Assembly (NCBI RefSeq): GCF_006345805.1
Contig: NC_043006.1
Span: forward strand, 42,656,001 to 42,720,000
Reading direction: 5' to 3'
DNA length: 64,000 nt
Origin: Octopus sinensis
Taxonomy: Eukaryota
The notes beneath the pieces were generated by a model. The model was given only the letters and a program-made list of their open reading frames with translations, was not told the DNA's origin and made no database searches. Of this stretch, positions 62,851 through 64,000 are shown piece by piece. Every line of letters begins with the position of its first letter. Within the stretch, counting starts at the first letter, position 1. Made by a program: the position numbers and the translations under genes.

Positions 62851-63139
62851 GTGTGTCTTTGAAAACTGTTATTGGTTTGCGTAAAAAAATAAGTACTGAG
62901 CCACAAGTAAAAGATAGAAAATGCCTTAAATCAGTCTTGGATTTGCATATCACAGAAAGTTGTTTCTTTCCAGCATAAATTCCACAAAGACATGCTAATT
63001 TAATGCCCTGTTCTTATTTGTCAATTAACTTTTCCAACATGTTTAAATTTACATACTTTTGTTTAATTTCTCTTTTACTTGATGTCATTCTTAAACTGTA
63101 AGCACTGTAAAGTGTCAGAAAACGTGACATCAATCCTGA

Positions 63140-63560
63140 ATTGATTACCATCATCATCATCATTGTTTAACGTTCGTTTTCCATGCTGGCATGGGTTGGA
63201 CAGTTTGACTGGGGACTGGCAAGCCAGGAGGCCGCACCAGGTTCCAATCTGATCTGGCAATGTTTCTACAGCTAGATGCTCTTCCTAACACCAGCCATTC
63301 CAAGAGTGTAGTGGGTGCATTTTATGTGCCACCAGCATGGGAGTCAGTCAGGTGGCACTGGCATCAGCCACGTTTGGATTGTGCTTTTTATGTGCCACAA
63401 GAACATGAGCCATTCGGGGTGGGGGCACTCGCATCATCCACATTTGGATGGTGCTTTTTACATGCCAACAGCATGGGGAGCCAGTCAGGTGGATCTGGCA
63501 GTGACCCACACACGAATGGTGCTTATTGCGTACCACCAGCACTGGTAATGGCCAAACTAC
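63140..63560 (-). mobile_element. RTE 3' UTR with subrepeats
   Basis: catcatcat-tgtttaacgttcgttttccatgctggcatgggttggac...ggtgcttttacatgcc. Confidence 0.8.
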
Positions 63561-63709
63561 AATTTCTATTTGATTGTGATTTGATTTGATTTTGATTTAC
63601 TTGACTTAATGGGTCTCCCCAAGCACAGAATGTTGCCCAATGTACTAATTAATTCTGAGTAAATTTTAGAAACACTCTCGTGATGGTGGCATGTAATAAG
63701 CACCATTCA

Positions 63710-63725
63710 TGAAAGAAGCCCGTCG

Positions 63726-63756
<31 letters not shown>

Positions 63757-63779
63757 GTATGTGTGCGTGTGTATGTGTG

Positions 63780-63817
<38 letters not shown>

Positions 63818-64000
63818 TTTGTGTCTGTGTTTGTCCCCCCAAACATCGATTGACAACCAATGTTGGTGTGTTTACGTCCCCATAACTTAACGGTTTGGCA
63901 AAAGAGACCAAGTCAAAAATAAATACTACGCTTACAAAGAATAAGTCCTGGGGTTGATTTGTTCAACTAAAGGCGGTGCTCCAGCATGGCTGCAGTCAAA
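63710..64000 (+). mobile_element. SINE A 3' half (runs off the window)
   Basis: gaaagaagcccgtcg-(TA)-(TG)-gtttgtccccc...aataagtcctggggttgatttg. Confidence 0.85.

Overview
Eukaryotic, AT-rich, microsatellite-dense DNA. The tRNA-headed SINEs, RTE LINEs with (GAT)n tails and very long (TA)/(CATA)/(AAT) tracts look like an octopus (coleoid cephalopod) genome; this assignment is inference from repeat content. No host protein-coding gene could be supported, and almost all listed ORFs are microsatellite or repeat artefacts. The window is a nested transposon landscape. It holds a near-complete Neptune-type Penelope-like element (RT + GIY-YIG, two frameshifts), a 5'-truncated RTE LINE with a PHD finger inside its RT region, and RTE-BovB, CR1/L2-group and R4/Dong-like LINE fragments. 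It also holds mariner, Tigger/pogo and Helitron relics, MITEs, and dozens of SINEs of at least four families. The most unusual signal is a set of hammerhead-ribozyme-bearing Penelope pseudo-LTR (pLTR) derivatives from at least four families. One of them occurs twice as a TSD-flanked mini-element built as [inverted pLTR]-[tRNA-like Pol III head]-(AAT)n-[pLTR+tail], a candidate Penelope-mobilised SINE. Repeat boundaries are approximate unless TSD/TIR coordinates are given.
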